From the NCBI GenBank assembly GCA_965226885.1, contig CBDDEL010000013.1:352001-416000 (forward strand): a stretch of DNA of 64,000 nt, in the 5' to 3' direction. Positions within the stretch are counted from its first letter, which is position 1, and each line of letters begins with the position of its first letter. Below are positions 32,198 through 43,043 of this stretch, one piece after another. The DNA comes from Opitutales bacterium. Lineage in GTDB: Bacteria; Verrucomicrobiota; Verrucomicrobiia; Opitutales; UBA2987. The notes beneath the pieces are model-generated. The model was not told where the DNA came from and searched no databases. It saw only the letters and a program-made list of their open reading frames with translations. The position numbers and the translations under genes are program-made.

Positions 32198-33764
32198 CCC
32201 GGATATTTCATGAAGGGTAAAGTTTGGCTCGTTATTGCTATTGGAGATGGATTTCTTTGTATTTTGAGCAGATCGTCTTGATTTTTAGGTGTTTTTCAGG
32301 GTGTAGAGACACTGCCCCCTTTCCCCCATTGGTTCGGTAGTGCCGGGGGCAGCACCAATGCACCCTTTAGGTTGGCACCAATCGGCGGGCCGCATGGTTG
32401 AAAAGACTGGCCCAAGGATAACTCTCACTTAGGTGAAAGTGAATCGTTCGGGTGTTGCGCACGATGACCGCTCCGATCTTGATTAATTTGAGCCGCAGGG
32501 TGTGGCATTGGGCCCGCGCCCACTTCGTCCCTTTTAAGGCTAACCGGCGCATGGCTTCCATCAAGGTGTAGGCCAGCGCCGACAAGAGCAATCGCCACTG
32601 ATTGGCCCACCATTGATGGGCGCTGGTGCGCTCGCTGAACAATTGCATCTGTTCCTTGATTCGGTTCTCCATTTCACCGCGGCCACAGTATACCTTGTCG
32701 TAAAGCTCCTGGGGATCGCCCGGCAGGTTCGTCACCACGAAGCGCGGGTTGGACCCCTGTGCGGTGTGTTCGGCTTTATGGATGACCAACCGCAGCCATC
32801 GCCACGAATCGGCAGCATAGACGAAGTCCTGGAATAACCGTTGTTTTTCACCCCTTAGTTCGAACCATTCTTTGGCCTGCTTTTGCAACTGCTGGGCGTC
32901 TTGCTGCAAGCGTGCATTGCGAGCCATCCCCACGATGTAACTAACTTCGTTGCGGTCGCACCAAGAGAGTATCCGGTCTCGACAAAATCCACTGTCGGCG
33001 CGCCAAATAATCCGCGTACGGGGCCAGCTTTGGCGAATCCGTTTAACCAGCAATTTGAGGATGGCCCCGGCATGCTTGCTGGCATCGATCTTGCTCGGCC
33101 GCAGGTAGGCCACCAGCAGCTGATCACCGCAAAAAACATATAGCGGCAGAAAACAGTAATGATCATAATAACCGTGGAAAAAACGTCCCTCCTGGAGCCC
33201 GTGCACCGGATTGTCGGTGGCGTCAAAGTCCAGGATGATCTCTTCGGGTTCCTCGGCAAAGGAGCCCATGAACTGTTCGACCAACAGCTCGTTTACCGCA
33301 AAGGCCGCCCGCCGATCCTGCCCGTTTTCAAAACGACACACAGTCGGCGCGCTGGCCAACGTTTCAATGCGCCCCGTTACCGTTTGCAACAATGGATCGT
33401 GGCGCAGGGTATCAAAGTCGTTCAAATCCTCATAGCCCGCCACCAGCCCGTAAACGCGCTGCCGCAGCATCCCCAATACCTCATGGCGTACTTTGCCCTT
33501 CTGCCGTTTGTCCACTAACTGTCGGGCCGCTCGTTCGGTCAAGCCCAACTGCCGATCCACTTCCCGGATCAAAAGCAGTCCGGCATCCGAAGTAACCTCT
33601 CCGCCCTTGAAATCAACCCGCACACGGCGGCCTTTTACCCTTGTCAACTGTAGCTTTAATTGTTTACCTTTTGTCATCGCTGATATTGCTTTAATTATTG
33701 ATCTATCCTGCTGTATATCAGCAGTTAAGCATATCAACGATACTTTTTTTACGAAATATCCGGG
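32198..33764 (-). mobile_element. IS1380-family element, complete
   Basis: IRs; TSD TTAG. Confidence 0.95.
32367..33677 (-). CDS. IS1380-family transposase
   Basis: Near-identical to 3110-4420. Confidence 0.93.
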   Translation of the reverse strand: MTKGKQLKLQLTRVKGRRVRVDFKGGEVTSDAGLLLIREVDRQLGLTERAARQLVDKRQKGKVRHEVLGMLRQRVYGLVAGYEDLNDFDTLRHDPLLQTVTGRIETLASAPTVCRFENGQDRRAAFAVNELLVEQFMGSFAEEPEEIILDFDATDNPVHGLQEGRFFHGYYDHYCFLPLYVFCGDQLLVAYLRPSKIDASKHAGAILKLLVKRIRQSWPRTRIIWRADSGFCRDRILSWCDRNEVSYIVGMARNARLQQDAQQLQKQAKEWFELRGEKQRLFQDFVYAADSWRWLRLVIHKAEHTAQGSNPRFVVTNLPGDPQELYDKVYCGRGEMENRIKEQMQLFSERTSAHQWWANQWRLLLSALAYTLMEAMRRLALKGTKWARAQCHTLRLKLIKIGAVIVRNTRTIHFHLSESYPWASLFNHAARRLVPT

Positions 33765-33957
33765 TTAGCAAACCCATGATTTTCGGCACCGTCTATGCCC
33801 CCCGGGCCTATATCGACATGCGTGGGGACAACAAGGATGGCGCCTTTACGGGAGCCGTGGTGGGAGACCGGATTATCATCCGGGGCGAATATCGCTTGCA
33901 TTTTGACGAACAATTGAAGAATTATGGGGGAGAAAGTCCCACTTACACGATCGAGCA

Positions 33958-34545
33958 ATGGCAATCGCTCAAACCCCAGGAGATGGTTACACTGATCCCG
34001 TAAAAGCCCTCGCATGGCGGGCCAATGTTTCCTTGGGCAAATCTCTCGTCAAACTCCGGCTGTCGGAAGAGGAAATTATTACCGAACAAGGGCTTCCCGC
34101 TCTGCGCAAGCATCTTGACCAAGGTAATATCAAACAGGCCTCCCTCCTGAAAATATTGTCCTGGGACCTCAATCTGGTTAATGAGAAATTGATCATCGAC
34201 CACCATATTGAGGATTACAGCCTGGGCCATTGCAATCTGAGCAATTACGAAATCGATCAATCTCTTTTGTCTAATTTTACCCTCAACGAATGCTGGGCCA
34301 CCATGTCTCTGCCCTTCGACTTGCTGGAAGGAGTGTTTTTTGTGGCCTCTTGCAGCTACATCAGCAAAGTAGTTGTAGCCCATTGGGAAAAACGTCTCTG
34401 CCGCGACATTGTCTGGTATATCGTTGACCTTTCCTCGCTCACCATGACTCTGGAACGGCTGGAAAAAGAAACTCAGGAACCGGAAACGGAAGACGAGAAC
34501 TCCGCAGGTGCAGAAAAGGACGATTTGGTGGAGGAATCGGTGTAA
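33958..34545 (+). CDS. Hypothetical protein resembling the N-terminal (GspE_N) domain of PilB/GspE
   Basis: 195-aa ORF whose stop overlaps the ATPase start (TAATG); LGKSLV... and LPFD...FFVASC pattern. Confidence 0.5.
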   Translation: MAIAQTPGDGYTDPVKALAWRANVSLGKSLVKLRLSEEEIITEQGLPALRKHLDQGNIKQASLLKILSWDLNLVNEKLIIDHHIEDYSLGHCNLSNYEIDQSLLSNFTLNECWATMSLPFDLLEGVFFVASCSYISKVVVAHWEKRLCRDIVWYIVDLSSLTMTLERLEKETQEPETEDENSAGAEKDDLVEESV

Positions 34546-36320
34546 TGCTGGCGCGATCACAGATAGTTCTAGTAGAAACCCTCAGGCATTTGGGCAGCTT
34601 GGACGATACCAACGCTGCATCTCTGCTGGAAAAATCCGATCTCTCCGGCTTTGCCATGGAGAAAATCCTGATCGCGGATTTCAATGTCACTCCCATACCG
34701 CTCCTTCTGGCCAAGGCAAAAGCCTACAAACTCGCTCCCATCAACATCGCCAAATTCAAAGTCACGGACCAATGCTTCGAGTTTCTGGAACTCGAGTTTT
34801 GCCGCAAACACAATATTTTACCCTTGGGAGATATTGGCCGTTACCTGGCCATTGCCACCTCCGACCCCCTCAATCCGGCCCTCAAAGCAAGAATTGAAGG
34901 GGTTACCAAAAAACCGTTCTACTTCCTCATCGCGCTGGCCGAAGACTTGGATGATAAATTCGGGGAGAAAAACAAAGATCAAATCTCGCCCACCCTCGGG
35001 TTTGGCGACGTGGTTGAAGCGCTGGGTATGGAATTCGATCTCGACGCCGACAATATCGAGGAAAAAGACCTCGAAAACGAGGAATCCGCGCCGGTCGTGC
35101 TGCTGACCAACCGTATCGTAGAAGACGCTTATTTTTCCGGCGCCAGCGATATTCACATCGAGCCGTTCGAACACCACACTCGCGTACGGGTGCACATTGA
35201 CGGAATTTGCAAGGAACGGCTGACCATTCCGAAAAAAATCGCCGCCACTCTCCTGGCTCGGCTCAAAGTGATGGCCAACCTAGATATTGCCGAACGCCGG
35301 CGCTACCAGGACGGGCGCATCGTTTTCAAGCAATTCAATCGCAAGGGCATCGATGTGGACCTTCGTGTTTCCACCGCCCCCATGAATTACGGCGAGGGTT
35401 GTGTCATGCGTCTGCTGGACAAGCAGCGCTCCACCCTGCCCTTGACGGACCTAGGATTTTCGGAACAAAACCTGGAACATTACCGTGAATTGATCTCCCG
35501 CCCGTTCGGGATGATCCTGCACTGCGGACCAACCGGTTCGGGGAAATCCATGACCCTCTATTCGGCCCTCAATGAGATCAACAGTCCGGACCTCTGCATC
35601 CGCACGGCCGAAGACCCCATTGAATATACTCTGCCCGGCATTGTCCAAGTGCAGATGAATCGCAAAATCGGAGTTACTTTCGCCAACTCCCTGAGGGCTT
35701 TTCTCCGGCAGGATCCGGACATCATCCTGGTGGGGGAAATCCGCGATAAGGAAACCGCCGATATCGCCATCGAAGCCTCCCTCACAGGGCACAAATTGTT
35801 CAGCACCCTTCATACCAACGATGCTCCCAGCACCATAGTGCGCCTCACGGACATGGGTATCGAACCGTTTATGATTTCTTCCTCTCTCATCTGTGTATGC
35901 GCCCAAAGACTCATGCGCAGGCTTTGTGTAACCTGCAAACAGCCCTACGAACCCAATGAAATGGAAAAGGAGATCATGGAAAAGGCCATCGGATGGAGTG
36001 GTCCCATTTACACCTCGAAACGGGCCGGATGTCCCAATTGCGGCAACACAGGCTATCGCGGGCGGGTCGGCATCCACGAGTTAATGGCCTCGAATGACGA
36101 GTTGGTACAAGGCATTAATGCCAACCTACAAATTTCTCAGATCAAAGGCATCTCCGTCAGGAATGGCATGGCCACCCTCCACCAGGACGGCATGTTAAAA
36201 GTGAGGGAGGGTCTGTCCTCCTTCGAGGAATGCATCGCCACCGTTCCCACCGACATGGAAGATCTGGCGGGATTGAGAGAAAACAACGAATCGCAGCCTA
36301 TCGAGGCCGTCGGGCGGTAA
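34545..36320 (+). CDS. pilB: GspE/PulE/PilB-family assembly ATPase
   Basis: ASDIHIEP, Walker A GPTGSGKS, LRQDPDIILVGEIRD, STLHTND, two CxxC motifs. Confidence 0.92.
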   Translation: MLARSQIVLVETLRHLGSLDDTNAASLLEKSDLSGFAMEKILIADFNVTPIPLLLAKAKAYKLAPINIAKFKVTDQCFEFLELEFCRKHNILPLGDIGRYLAIATSDPLNPALKARIEGVTKKPFYFLIALAEDLDDKFGEKNKDQISPTLGFGDVVEALGMEFDLDADNIEEKDLENEESAPVVLLTNRIVEDAYFSGASDIHIEPFEHHTRVRVHIDGICKERLTIPKKIAATLLARLKVMANLDIAERRRYQDGRIVFKQFNRKGIDVDLRVSTAPMNYGEGCVMRLLDKQRSTLPLTDLGFSEQNLEHYRELISRPFGMILHCGPTGSGKSMTLYSALNEINSPDLCIRTAEDPIEYTLPGIVQVQMNRKIGVTFANSLRAFLRQDPDIILVGEIRDKETADIAIEASLTGHKLFSTLHTNDAPSTIVRLTDMGIEPFMISSSLICVCAQRLMRRLCVTCKQPYEPNEMEKEIMEKAIGWSGPIYTSKRAGCPNCGNTGYRGRVGIHELMASNDELVQGINANLQISQIKGISVRNGMATLHQDGMLKVREGLSSFEECIATVPTDMEDLAGLRENNESQPIEAVGR

Positions 36321-37425
36321 ATCCCGGCCCCGGCCCAAGCACCGCTTCCGCCGCCAGGGCGCATTGCAGCCCGAAAGTGAGGTATCCGCAATACCCGGCC
36401 AATGGCATTTCGAATATTTTGAGGACATCAAAACTGGGAATCTTGTAAGTCCATTTGGCCAGGCTGAGAAAGTTCCACATTTCCCAGAAAAAACCGCACA
36501 ACAAGGCTGCCAAAGCCCAGTTGAAAACATAGGACCAATTGCCTTGGCCGATGCCGCCCAGGCAAACGGGGGTACCGGTTAACCGGTTGAGGGCCACCCA
36601 CCCGGCCAGGGGGCCGGCCCACAAAATCGGGAAAAGAAGTTCCGGTTTAAGACCTATAAAGAAAAAAGCGAGGAAAACAGCTAATAGGACAAGAACCGCC
36701 ACCTCGGCCTCAAAGCGGATGCTAAGGGCCGGCCCGGACGCCGCCAGCCGCTCCAGCGCGGGAATAGTTCGCAAATAGCATTGCGCGCTATAAACTGCCG
36801 GTAATACGGTGGAAAAACAAAGACTTCCGTGGAAAAAATATTTTATCGGTAATATATTTTCCAATCCCAGGTAATGCCAGTTCTGCACAAAGCGGTTTAA
36901 ATATTCAAAAAACCACCAAAAAGCGGCGCTCGTTAAAAACAGCATTAAAAACTCCAACGGCCTTTGCAGGAGGGGGCAATGGCCCAACTTGCGGAAAATG
37001 AGCGCATTGACCGTTGTAATAAAGGACAACCAAAGCGGGGTGAAGGTATATTCCTGCCAGGGAGCAAACCAGGCAAACCGGTTCCACGCTAAAATCCAGC
37101 AAACCATGCCTAAACCGAGTCCCAGCCAACCCCACCAGGGAAAATTATGACGCCGTTCAATTTCCCGATGGACCACTTTGGTCAGTGATTTATTAAATGA
37201 AAACCAAATCAGGATAAGGAGAGCTACAAGGCCCCAGTAAGCCCAATAAATAATAGGATGAAAGCTCGTGTAATCCATTTCCCATTGCAGGGGAGGAAAT
37301 TGCAGAAAAGGAGACACATCGCGGCCCGCCAAGGCCAGACCGGCCAGCGGCAATCCCAAAAAGGAGACTAGTAAAAGGCTGGCGTTCAACCAGTGCCTCC
37401 GTTTATGCTTAAAAATTCTATTCAT
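36298..37425 (-). CDS. Multi-pass membrane protein of unknown function
   Basis: Long hydrophobic Trp-rich ORF (FWWFFEYLN, GFFWEMWN, IFEMPLAGY); ATG overlaps the upstream stop. Confidence 0.75.
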   Translation of the reverse strand: MNRIFKHKRRHWLNASLLLVSFLGLPLAGLALAGRDVSPFLQFPPLQWEMDYTSFHPIIYWAYWGLVALLILIWFSFNKSLTKVVHREIERRHNFPWWGWLGLGLGMVCWILAWNRFAWFAPWQEYTFTPLWLSFITTVNALIFRKLGHCPLLQRPLEFLMLFLTSAAFWWFFEYLNRFVQNWHYLGLENILPIKYFFHGSLCFSTVLPAVYSAQCYLRTIPALERLAASGPALSIRFEAEVAVLVLLAVFLAFFFIGLKPELLFPILWAGPLAGWVALNRLTGTPVCLGGIGQGNWSYVFNWALAALLCGFFWEMWNFLSLAKWTYKIPSFDVLKIFEMPLAGYCGYLTFGLQCALAAEAVLGPGPGFTARRPR

Positions 37426-38365
37426 GCCCGCACAATACCGCCAGATGACTCTCGACTGAGCGCGCCATTGCATTCAGATTATAACCGCCTTCGAGAATCG
37501 AAACCAGCCGACCCGCGCAATGTTCATCGGCCAATTTCACGACCCACCGAGTCAGTTCGGCAAAGTCATCATCCTCCAGCCTCATTGCCGCCAGAGGGTC
37601 CTCCCGGTGAGCGTCGAACCCGGCCGATATTAGTATCATTTGTGGCCTCAGGCATTTGGCAGCCGGTATCAATTGCTCCTGAAATGCTTTTTGGTATTCC
37701 TCGATGGCACAACCTGCGGGCAGAGGAACATTGAGGGTGAATCCCTCCCCGGCGCCCCGGCCGGTATCTGTTGAAGCGCCCGTTCCGGGGTAGTAAGGGT
37801 ATTGGTGGATGCTGAAATAAAAGACGGATGGATCCTCATAAAAAATTTCCTCCGTGCCATTGCCGTGGTGAACATCCCAATCAATGATGAGCAGCCTCTC
37901 CAGCCCATATTTCTCCTGAGCATAACGAGCGGCAACGGCAATCTGGTCAAATAGGCAAAACCCCATTGCGACCCCCGGCCGGGCATGGTGCCCCGGAGGA
38001 CGGGAGCAGACAAACGCATTTCGGCAGTTGCCATCCATAACCGAATCCACAGCCATCATGGCTCCCCCGCTGGCTAGCAGGGCCACTCGGTAGGAATCCG
38101 GGCAGACCCGCGTATCTCCGGCGTCGAGCAAGGCAAGCCCTTGACGACAGGATTGCTCGACAAAAAGCCGGTATTCAGCCGTGTGGCATTTCTCTATCCA
38201 ATGCGCCTCGGCCTCCTGCGGCTGCCGCCACAAGAGGCGATCCTTGAATAGCGAACCTTGGATGCGGTCATGCACAACCCTGGCCCGACAGGAAGTTTCC
38301 GGATGCACGGAGCCAGTATCGTGCAGCTCGTAACCCGGATGGTAAATAAAAGCGGTTTTAGTCAT
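37418..38365 (-). CDS. Histone-deacetylase-family protein (acetylpolyamine amidohydrolase / AcuC-like)
   Basis: HPET, RPPGHHA, GFCLF, DWDVHHGNGT, SAGFDAH, LEGGY. Confidence 0.93.
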   Translation of the reverse strand: MTKTAFIYHPGYELHDTGSVHPETSCRARVVHDRIQGSLFKDRLLWRQPQEAEAHWIEKCHTAEYRLFVEQSCRQGLALLDAGDTRVCPDSYRVALLASGGAMMAVDSVMDGNCRNAFVCSRPPGHHARPGVAMGFCLFDQIAVAARYAQEKYGLERLLIIDWDVHHGNGTEEIFYEDPSVFYFSIHQYPYYPGTGASTDTGRGAGEGFTLNVPLPAGCAIEEYQKAFQEQLIPAAKCLRPQMILISAGFDAHREDPLAAMRLEDDDFAELTRWVVKLADEHCAGRLVSILEGGYNLNAMARSVESHLAVLCGHE

Positions 38366-38408
38366 TTTAAAGGAAAGAATTCAACTTGTATTCTTTCTTG
38401 TCGAAATT

Positions 38409-41400
38409 TCATTCAACCGGCTCCGCGGGCAGGCCCCAACCGCCGCCGCCGGGGGTTTTCATGACGAGACGATCGCCGGGCTGAACGCTACGGCAATCCA
38501 GGGGCATGAGCGACTCTTTTTTACCGGAGGGTGAGACCAGATACTGCTTCCCCGGCTTTCCGGACGAGCCTCCCGCCATTCCGTAGGGCCCGGCGGCGCG
38601 GCGCTGGGTTAAAAGCGAAAGTTGGGACTCGTCCAAAAATTCGATTTCCCTGACGACTCCATCCCCACCACAATGCTTTCCACGACCACCGGAACCGGCG
38701 CGAATCTCAAAACGCCGCAGCCTGACGGGATAGCGATGCTCCAGAATTTCCGGGTCCGTTATGGCCGTGTTTGTCATGTGGGTGTGCACTGCGGAAGCGC
38801 CGGGCGCTTTTTCGGTGGCCCCCGATCCGCCGCAAATCGTTTCATAATAACTGAAGCTCTCATCCCCAAAAACAAGATTATTCATGGTTCCCTGGCTGGC
38901 CGCAGCAGCCCCCAAAGCCAGCAAGAGGGTGTCCACAATTCTTTGGCTGGTTTCCACATTGCCGCCGCCCACGGCGGGCGCTTTGGCGGGATCATGACCG
39001 AAAACGGGGTTGAGAAAGCAATCCGGAAAGATCACCCGAACCGGTTCCAGCAATCCTTCGTTTAAAGGAATTTTCTCATCCAGCAACAACCGTAGGACAT
39101 AGACCAGGGCGCTATTGACGATAGCCGGGGTGGCATTCAAGTTCCCCCCATGCAAGGGCGAGGTCCCGCTGAAATCAACGGTCAAAACATCGGCTTCGCG
39201 GCGCAAACAGACTTCGATCACATGACCGTCGTCGAGGGTCTGGCGGGCTTTCAGGGGTGCTCGGGAAAGAAATGCCAGTTTTGATTTCATGAGGCAAGCG
39301 GCCCGTTTGCGCAGGGCATTCAAATAGGTCGAAACCGTTTCCGGCCCGTAATTTTTAGCCATTGATTGAAAAGCCCCTGCTCCTCGTATATTGGAGGCCA
39401 CCTGCGCCTTGATGTCTGCCAGATTATCTTCAAGCGCCCGTGTCGGCCAGGGACCGCATTGGAGGAGCCTCTCAAGTTCCCCAAAATTTTCCCTGCCTGC
39501 AATAAAAAGCTTGAAGGGCACCAGGACAACCCCTTCTTCGGCCAGGCTGCGGGCCTCCGGGGGCATGGAACCGGGGCGGGTGCCGCCAATTTCAGCATGA
39601 TGGGCCCGGTTGGCGACAAATCCCAGCAGGCGTTGGTTATTTTTTCCATCATCCACAAATACGGGCGTAATGAGAGTCACATCGGGGAGATGCGAACCGC
39701 CAAAAGCCGGATGATTGGTCAAAATAATATCTCCCGGAGAAAAATCCATGAGTTTGGCCACTTCGCGCACACACAGCCCCAAAGCGCCCAGGTGCACGGG
39801 TATGTGGGGCGCATTGACTACCAGACGGCCTTCCGGATCGAGCAAGCCGCAGGAAAAATCGAGCCGTTCCTTGATATTGGTGGAAAGAGCGGTGCGCCGC
39901 AATTGTGAACCCATCTCCTCCACAATTTGACGAAAACGATGGGTGAAAAGCTCTCGCTGCACGACTTCCGGGAGGTCGCCGGTGGCCGGTCCTTCGATCT
40001 CGTTCACTTTCGTCAGCATGACAGACTGCTCACTTCCGGCGACGGCTTTCCAGCCGGATTCAATCACCAGCGTGCTGTAGGCATCCGTTATGATGGCCGG
40101 CCCTTCAATCGCCGAGCCGGTTGACAAATCATTCCGGTTGAAAAGTGGCATACCCCCACCCCACCGGCTCGAACCAGCGGCGGTCTTTTTTACGGGCTCA
40201 GGTTTTTGACCGGACTCGGCAAAAGTTTCCGCCCGTATTTCAGGATCGGGGGTCGCAGCTATGACCTGAAGGGAAACCACTTCCATTTTCTTGGCCGAGG
40301 GGAAATATCCAAAAATGGACCTATAACGTTTCTCAAACTGCTTTAGAAGATTTTCGCCTTTCTCCCAGGCTACTACAAGGGAGGATTCCTGCCCAAGAAA
40401 ACGCAATCGGGCAAAACGATTCCTGATCATCAAATGCTCTCTTTCCCAACCTTCGGCCGTCAAACGCCCAATGGCTTCATTTTCAAGTTCCAGGAAAATA
40501 TTTTTAAGTTCAGCGGTAATTTCGGAAAAAGGCCGCAGCAATTGGCGCTCGGCAAAGGCATCGACGACAGCATGACTGAGACCGCGAGCGCTCAAAAGGC
40601 CCGCTTCGTCGGGAAAAAGGATTCGCTTGATCCCCAGCCGTTCTGCGACCGAACAGGCATGCATCCCACCGGCCCCACCAAAAGCGACCAGGGCATATTC
40701 GCCCGGATCGTAGCCCTCCCGTAATGAAATGCGGCGAATGGTATCGGCCATCCTCTCGTTGGCAATATCGAGGAACCCTTGCAGGATTTTCCTTTCCTCA
40801 TCGGGATGGGCTTGGGCATGACGGCCGGGCAGCCCAGCCAGCAACTCCGCGAATCTCCTGGCCGCATCTTCTTCGAAAACGGGGATGCCGAATGAGTCCA
40901 GGTTCAACCGCCCCAGCAAAAGATGGACATCGGTCAAGCAAAGCGGCCCCCCGGTGCCATAACAGGCCGGGCCGGGATTGGCTCCGGCGCTCTTGGGCCC
41001 GACAAAGAGGGCTTCGCCGTTAAAACCGCAAATCGAGCCGCCGCCGGAAGCCACCGTCTCGATCGGCAAAGCGGGCGCCATCAGTTGGGCGCGACCCACA
41101 CGGTGGCTTTCGCGGTATTCAAATTCGCCGTCAAAGCGGGAGACATCGGCGCTGGTGCCACCCATATCGAACGGAATAATTTTCTTCAAGCCGGCCCGCG
41201 CGCCAGCCGCTACCGCTCCCACCACTCCACCCGCCGGTCCGCTCAACAGGCTGTCCTTGGACCGGTAACGATGTCTCGGAACTAAGCCGCCCGCGCTCGT
41301 CATAACGGTTAATGCTCCCTTTGCAACCGCCTCCTCTACCTGGGTTAGGTAACGCCCCATAAGAGGACCGAGGTAGGCATCGACGACAGCCGTTTGGGTG

Positions 41401-42221
41401 CGCTCAAGGTATTTGATGAAAGGGGAGAGATTTTCCGAACAAACCACATATTCAAAACCAAGGTCCAATAACAAATCCTGCAAAGCTTGTTCATGGGCGG
41501 GGTTCCGGAAGCTGTTCAGGAGAGAGATGGCGGCGGCATCGCAACCGGCTTGCAAGGCCTGCTGGGCCGCAGTTTTCGCAGCCGACAAGTCTAGAGATTT
41601 CAGGACTGCCCCATCGGCCGCAATGCGTTCATCGATTTCTTCCACATGGTGGTAGAGCGGTTCCGGTTTTATGATATTCAAAGCAAATAGATCGGGACGC
41701 TTCTGGTCCCCGATGAGAAGTAGGTCTTGAAACCCCCTGGTGACAAAGAGAGCCACTTTCGAGCCTTCCTCCTCCAGCAAGGCGTTGGTTCCCCGCGTAG
41801 TGCCCAGTCGCAAGGCCAAAGGCGGCAGGGGCTGGTTGCCGGGGGTTCCCGTGAGCATGCGGGCGCCTACTATGGGTGATTCTTCCCCGGTGTAAAACTC
41901 CACCATGGATCCACTGGGAAACATCTCTCTAATAGAGCCGGAAAGCGTAACCTGGCGTTTTTCCAGATCGCATTGGGCAATTTCGAAATCGTGGTCCGAT
42001 GGACCGGCCATTCGCATTCGGAAGCCCATGAAGAAGTCTTTGGGCAAATCCCAGGGAATGTCCAGCAGCAGCGTTCGATCTCCAATGCGACCGCCGACCC
42101 GCACTCGCAATGCCCCGCTCGAGAGCACTTTGGCGCGCTCGATCCTGCCCTCAGGCGAATACCCGAGGCAATCGGTAAAGGTTCCGCCCGTATCAATGGC
42201 AAGATTCCAGGACATTTTCAA
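38409..42221 (-). CDS. 5-oxoprolinase / hydantoinase A+B fusion (ATP-hydrolysing)
   Basis: DTGGTFTD, SGPAGG, DMGGTSAD, NIKERLDFSC, HIPVHLG, GGSHLPD, AHHAEIGG, TPGGGGWG. Confidence 0.92.
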   Translation of the reverse strand: MKMSWNLAIDTGGTFTDCLGYSPEGRIERAKVLSSGALRVRVGGRIGDRTLLLDIPWDLPKDFFMGFRMRMAGPSDHDFEIAQCDLEKRQVTLSGSIREMFPSGSMVEFYTGEESPIVGARMLTGTPGNQPLPPLALRLGTTRGTNALLEEEGSKVALFVTRGFQDLLLIGDQKRPDLFALNIIKPEPLYHHVEEIDERIAADGAVLKSLDLSAAKTAAQQALQAGCDAAAISLLNSFRNPAHEQALQDLLLDLGFEYVVCSENLSPFIKYLERTQTAVVDAYLGPLMGRYLTQVEEAVAKGALTVMTSAGGLVPRHRYRSKDSLLSGPAGGVVGAVAAGARAGLKKIIPFDMGGTSADVSRFDGEFEYRESHRVGRAQLMAPALPIETVASGGGSICGFNGEALFVGPKSAGANPGPACYGTGGPLCLTDVHLLLGRLNLDSFGIPVFEEDAARRFAELLAGLPGRHAQAHPDEERKILQGFLDIANERMADTIRRISLREGYDPGEYALVAFGGAGGMHACSVAERLGIKRILFPDEAGLLSARGLSHAVVDAFAERQLLRPFSEITAELKNIFLELENEAIGRLTAEGWEREHLMIRNRFARLRFLGQESSLVVAWEKGENLLKQFEKRYRSIFGYFPSAKKMEVVSLQVIAATPDPEIRAETFAESGQKPEPVKKTAAGSSRWGGGMPLFNRNDLSTGSAIEGPAIITDAYSTLVIESGWKAVAGSEQSVMLTKVNEIEGPATGDLPEVVQRELFTHRFRQIVEEMGSQLRRTALSTNIKERLDFSCGLLDPEGRLVVNAPHIPVHLGALGLCVREVAKLMDFSPGDIILTNHPAFGGSHLPDVTLITPVFVDDGKNNQRLLGFVANRAHHAEIGGTRPGSMPPEARSLAEEGVVLVPFKLFIAGRENFGELERLLQCGPWPTRALEDNLADIKAQVASNIRGAGAFQSMAKNYGPETVSTYLNALRKRAACLMKSKLAFLSRAPLKARQTLDDGHVIEVCLRREADVLTVDFSGTSPLHGGNLNATPAIVNSALVYVLRLLLDEKIPLNEGLLEPVRVIFPDCFLNPVFGHDPAKAPAVGGGNVETSQRIVDTLLLALGAAAASQGTMNNLVFGDESFSYYETICGGSGATEKAPGASAVHTHMTNTAITDPEILEHRYPVRLRRFEIRAGSGGRGKHCGGDGVVREIEFLDESQLSLLTQRRAAGPYGMAGGSSGKPGKQYLVSPSGKKESLMPLDCRSVQPGDRLVMKTPGGGGWGLPAEPVE

Positions 42222-42275
42222 CAGAATTTCGCAGTATAAAGTGTCAGACCGACCTATGGTTTGTGCCGAAGCCGA

Positions 42276-43043
42276 TCAAGGCAAACGCCCCAGATGGATA
42301 ATTTTTTCTCCAATCCTGCTTATCCTCCAATCATGGGTGCGGGCTTTGGGATCGTATTGCTTGAGAAGACTCCAAAAATCCTCCGAATGATCGAAATGAG
42401 TCAGATGGGCCAGCTCATGCAATATGATATACTCCTGTAATTCGGGAGGGAGCAAAACCAGCCTCCAGTTCAGGGACAGTGTTCTCTTGCCGGAACAAGA
42501 GCCCCATTGGGTGGATTGATCCCGCACCGATACCCGTTTAACCTCAAGCTGATATTTTTCGGCTGCCCGGTAAACTTGTGGAGGAATCACCCTGGAAGCA
42601 AATCGTCTCATCAAATCTGCAAGTTGATCTTCCAGAGGATGTTTGGAATTTATAAAAAGACTTACAGTTTTCTTGTTCACATCCCAGGAAATTGAGGATC
42701 TCGATTCCGTAAAACTGATTTTTAGTTCCGCGCGGCTTCCATCAAAACTGAGATTAGGATTTTTTTGCAGATAGGCCATCAATCCAACCCGTTGTTTTCG
42801 CCTCGTTTTCAATTGCTTGCTGACCCAATCGGCTTTCTCATGCAAAAAATCAAGGGCCTGCTTTTCGCTAAACCCGCCGGGTAAAGTGAGCAGCGCTTGT
42901 TTATCGGGCGTGATGGTGAGGCGAAGATAACGGGAACGCCGTGAGCGCCTCATTTCATAAGGCACCATGAGAACTCCCTCGGCTGTTTGCAGCGAGCAGA
43001 AATGGGGTTGGGGCTCTTTATTTATTTTCACCGGCATTTTCAA
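42276..43043 (-). CDS. M48/YgjP (DUF45) family metallopeptidase
   Basis: QWGSCS, LNWRL, YIILHELAHL, HSEDFW. Confidence 0.88.
   Translation of the reverse strand: MKMPVKINKEPQPHFCSLQTAEGVLMVPYEMRRSRRSRYLRLTITPDKQALLTLPGGFSEKQALDFLHEKADWVSKQLKTRRKQRVGLMAYLQKNPNLSFDGSRAELKISFTESRSSISWDVNKKTVSLFINSKHPLEDQLADLMRRFASRVIPPQVYRAAEKYQLEVKRVSVRDQSTQWGSCSGKRTLSLNWRLVLLPPELQEYIILHELAHLTHFDHSEDFWSLLKQYDPKARTHDWRISRIGEKIIHLGRLP

Larger units (their letters stand above)
30301..34003 (+). pseudogene. PilX-like pilus assembly protein, interrupted by IS1 and IS1380
   Basis: KKEGSIILAAL and AKNLAEAGAE N-terminus; 30301-31335 + 32145-32197 + 33769-34003 join into a 440-aa frame containing GTVYAP...GAVVG. Confidence 0.8.
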
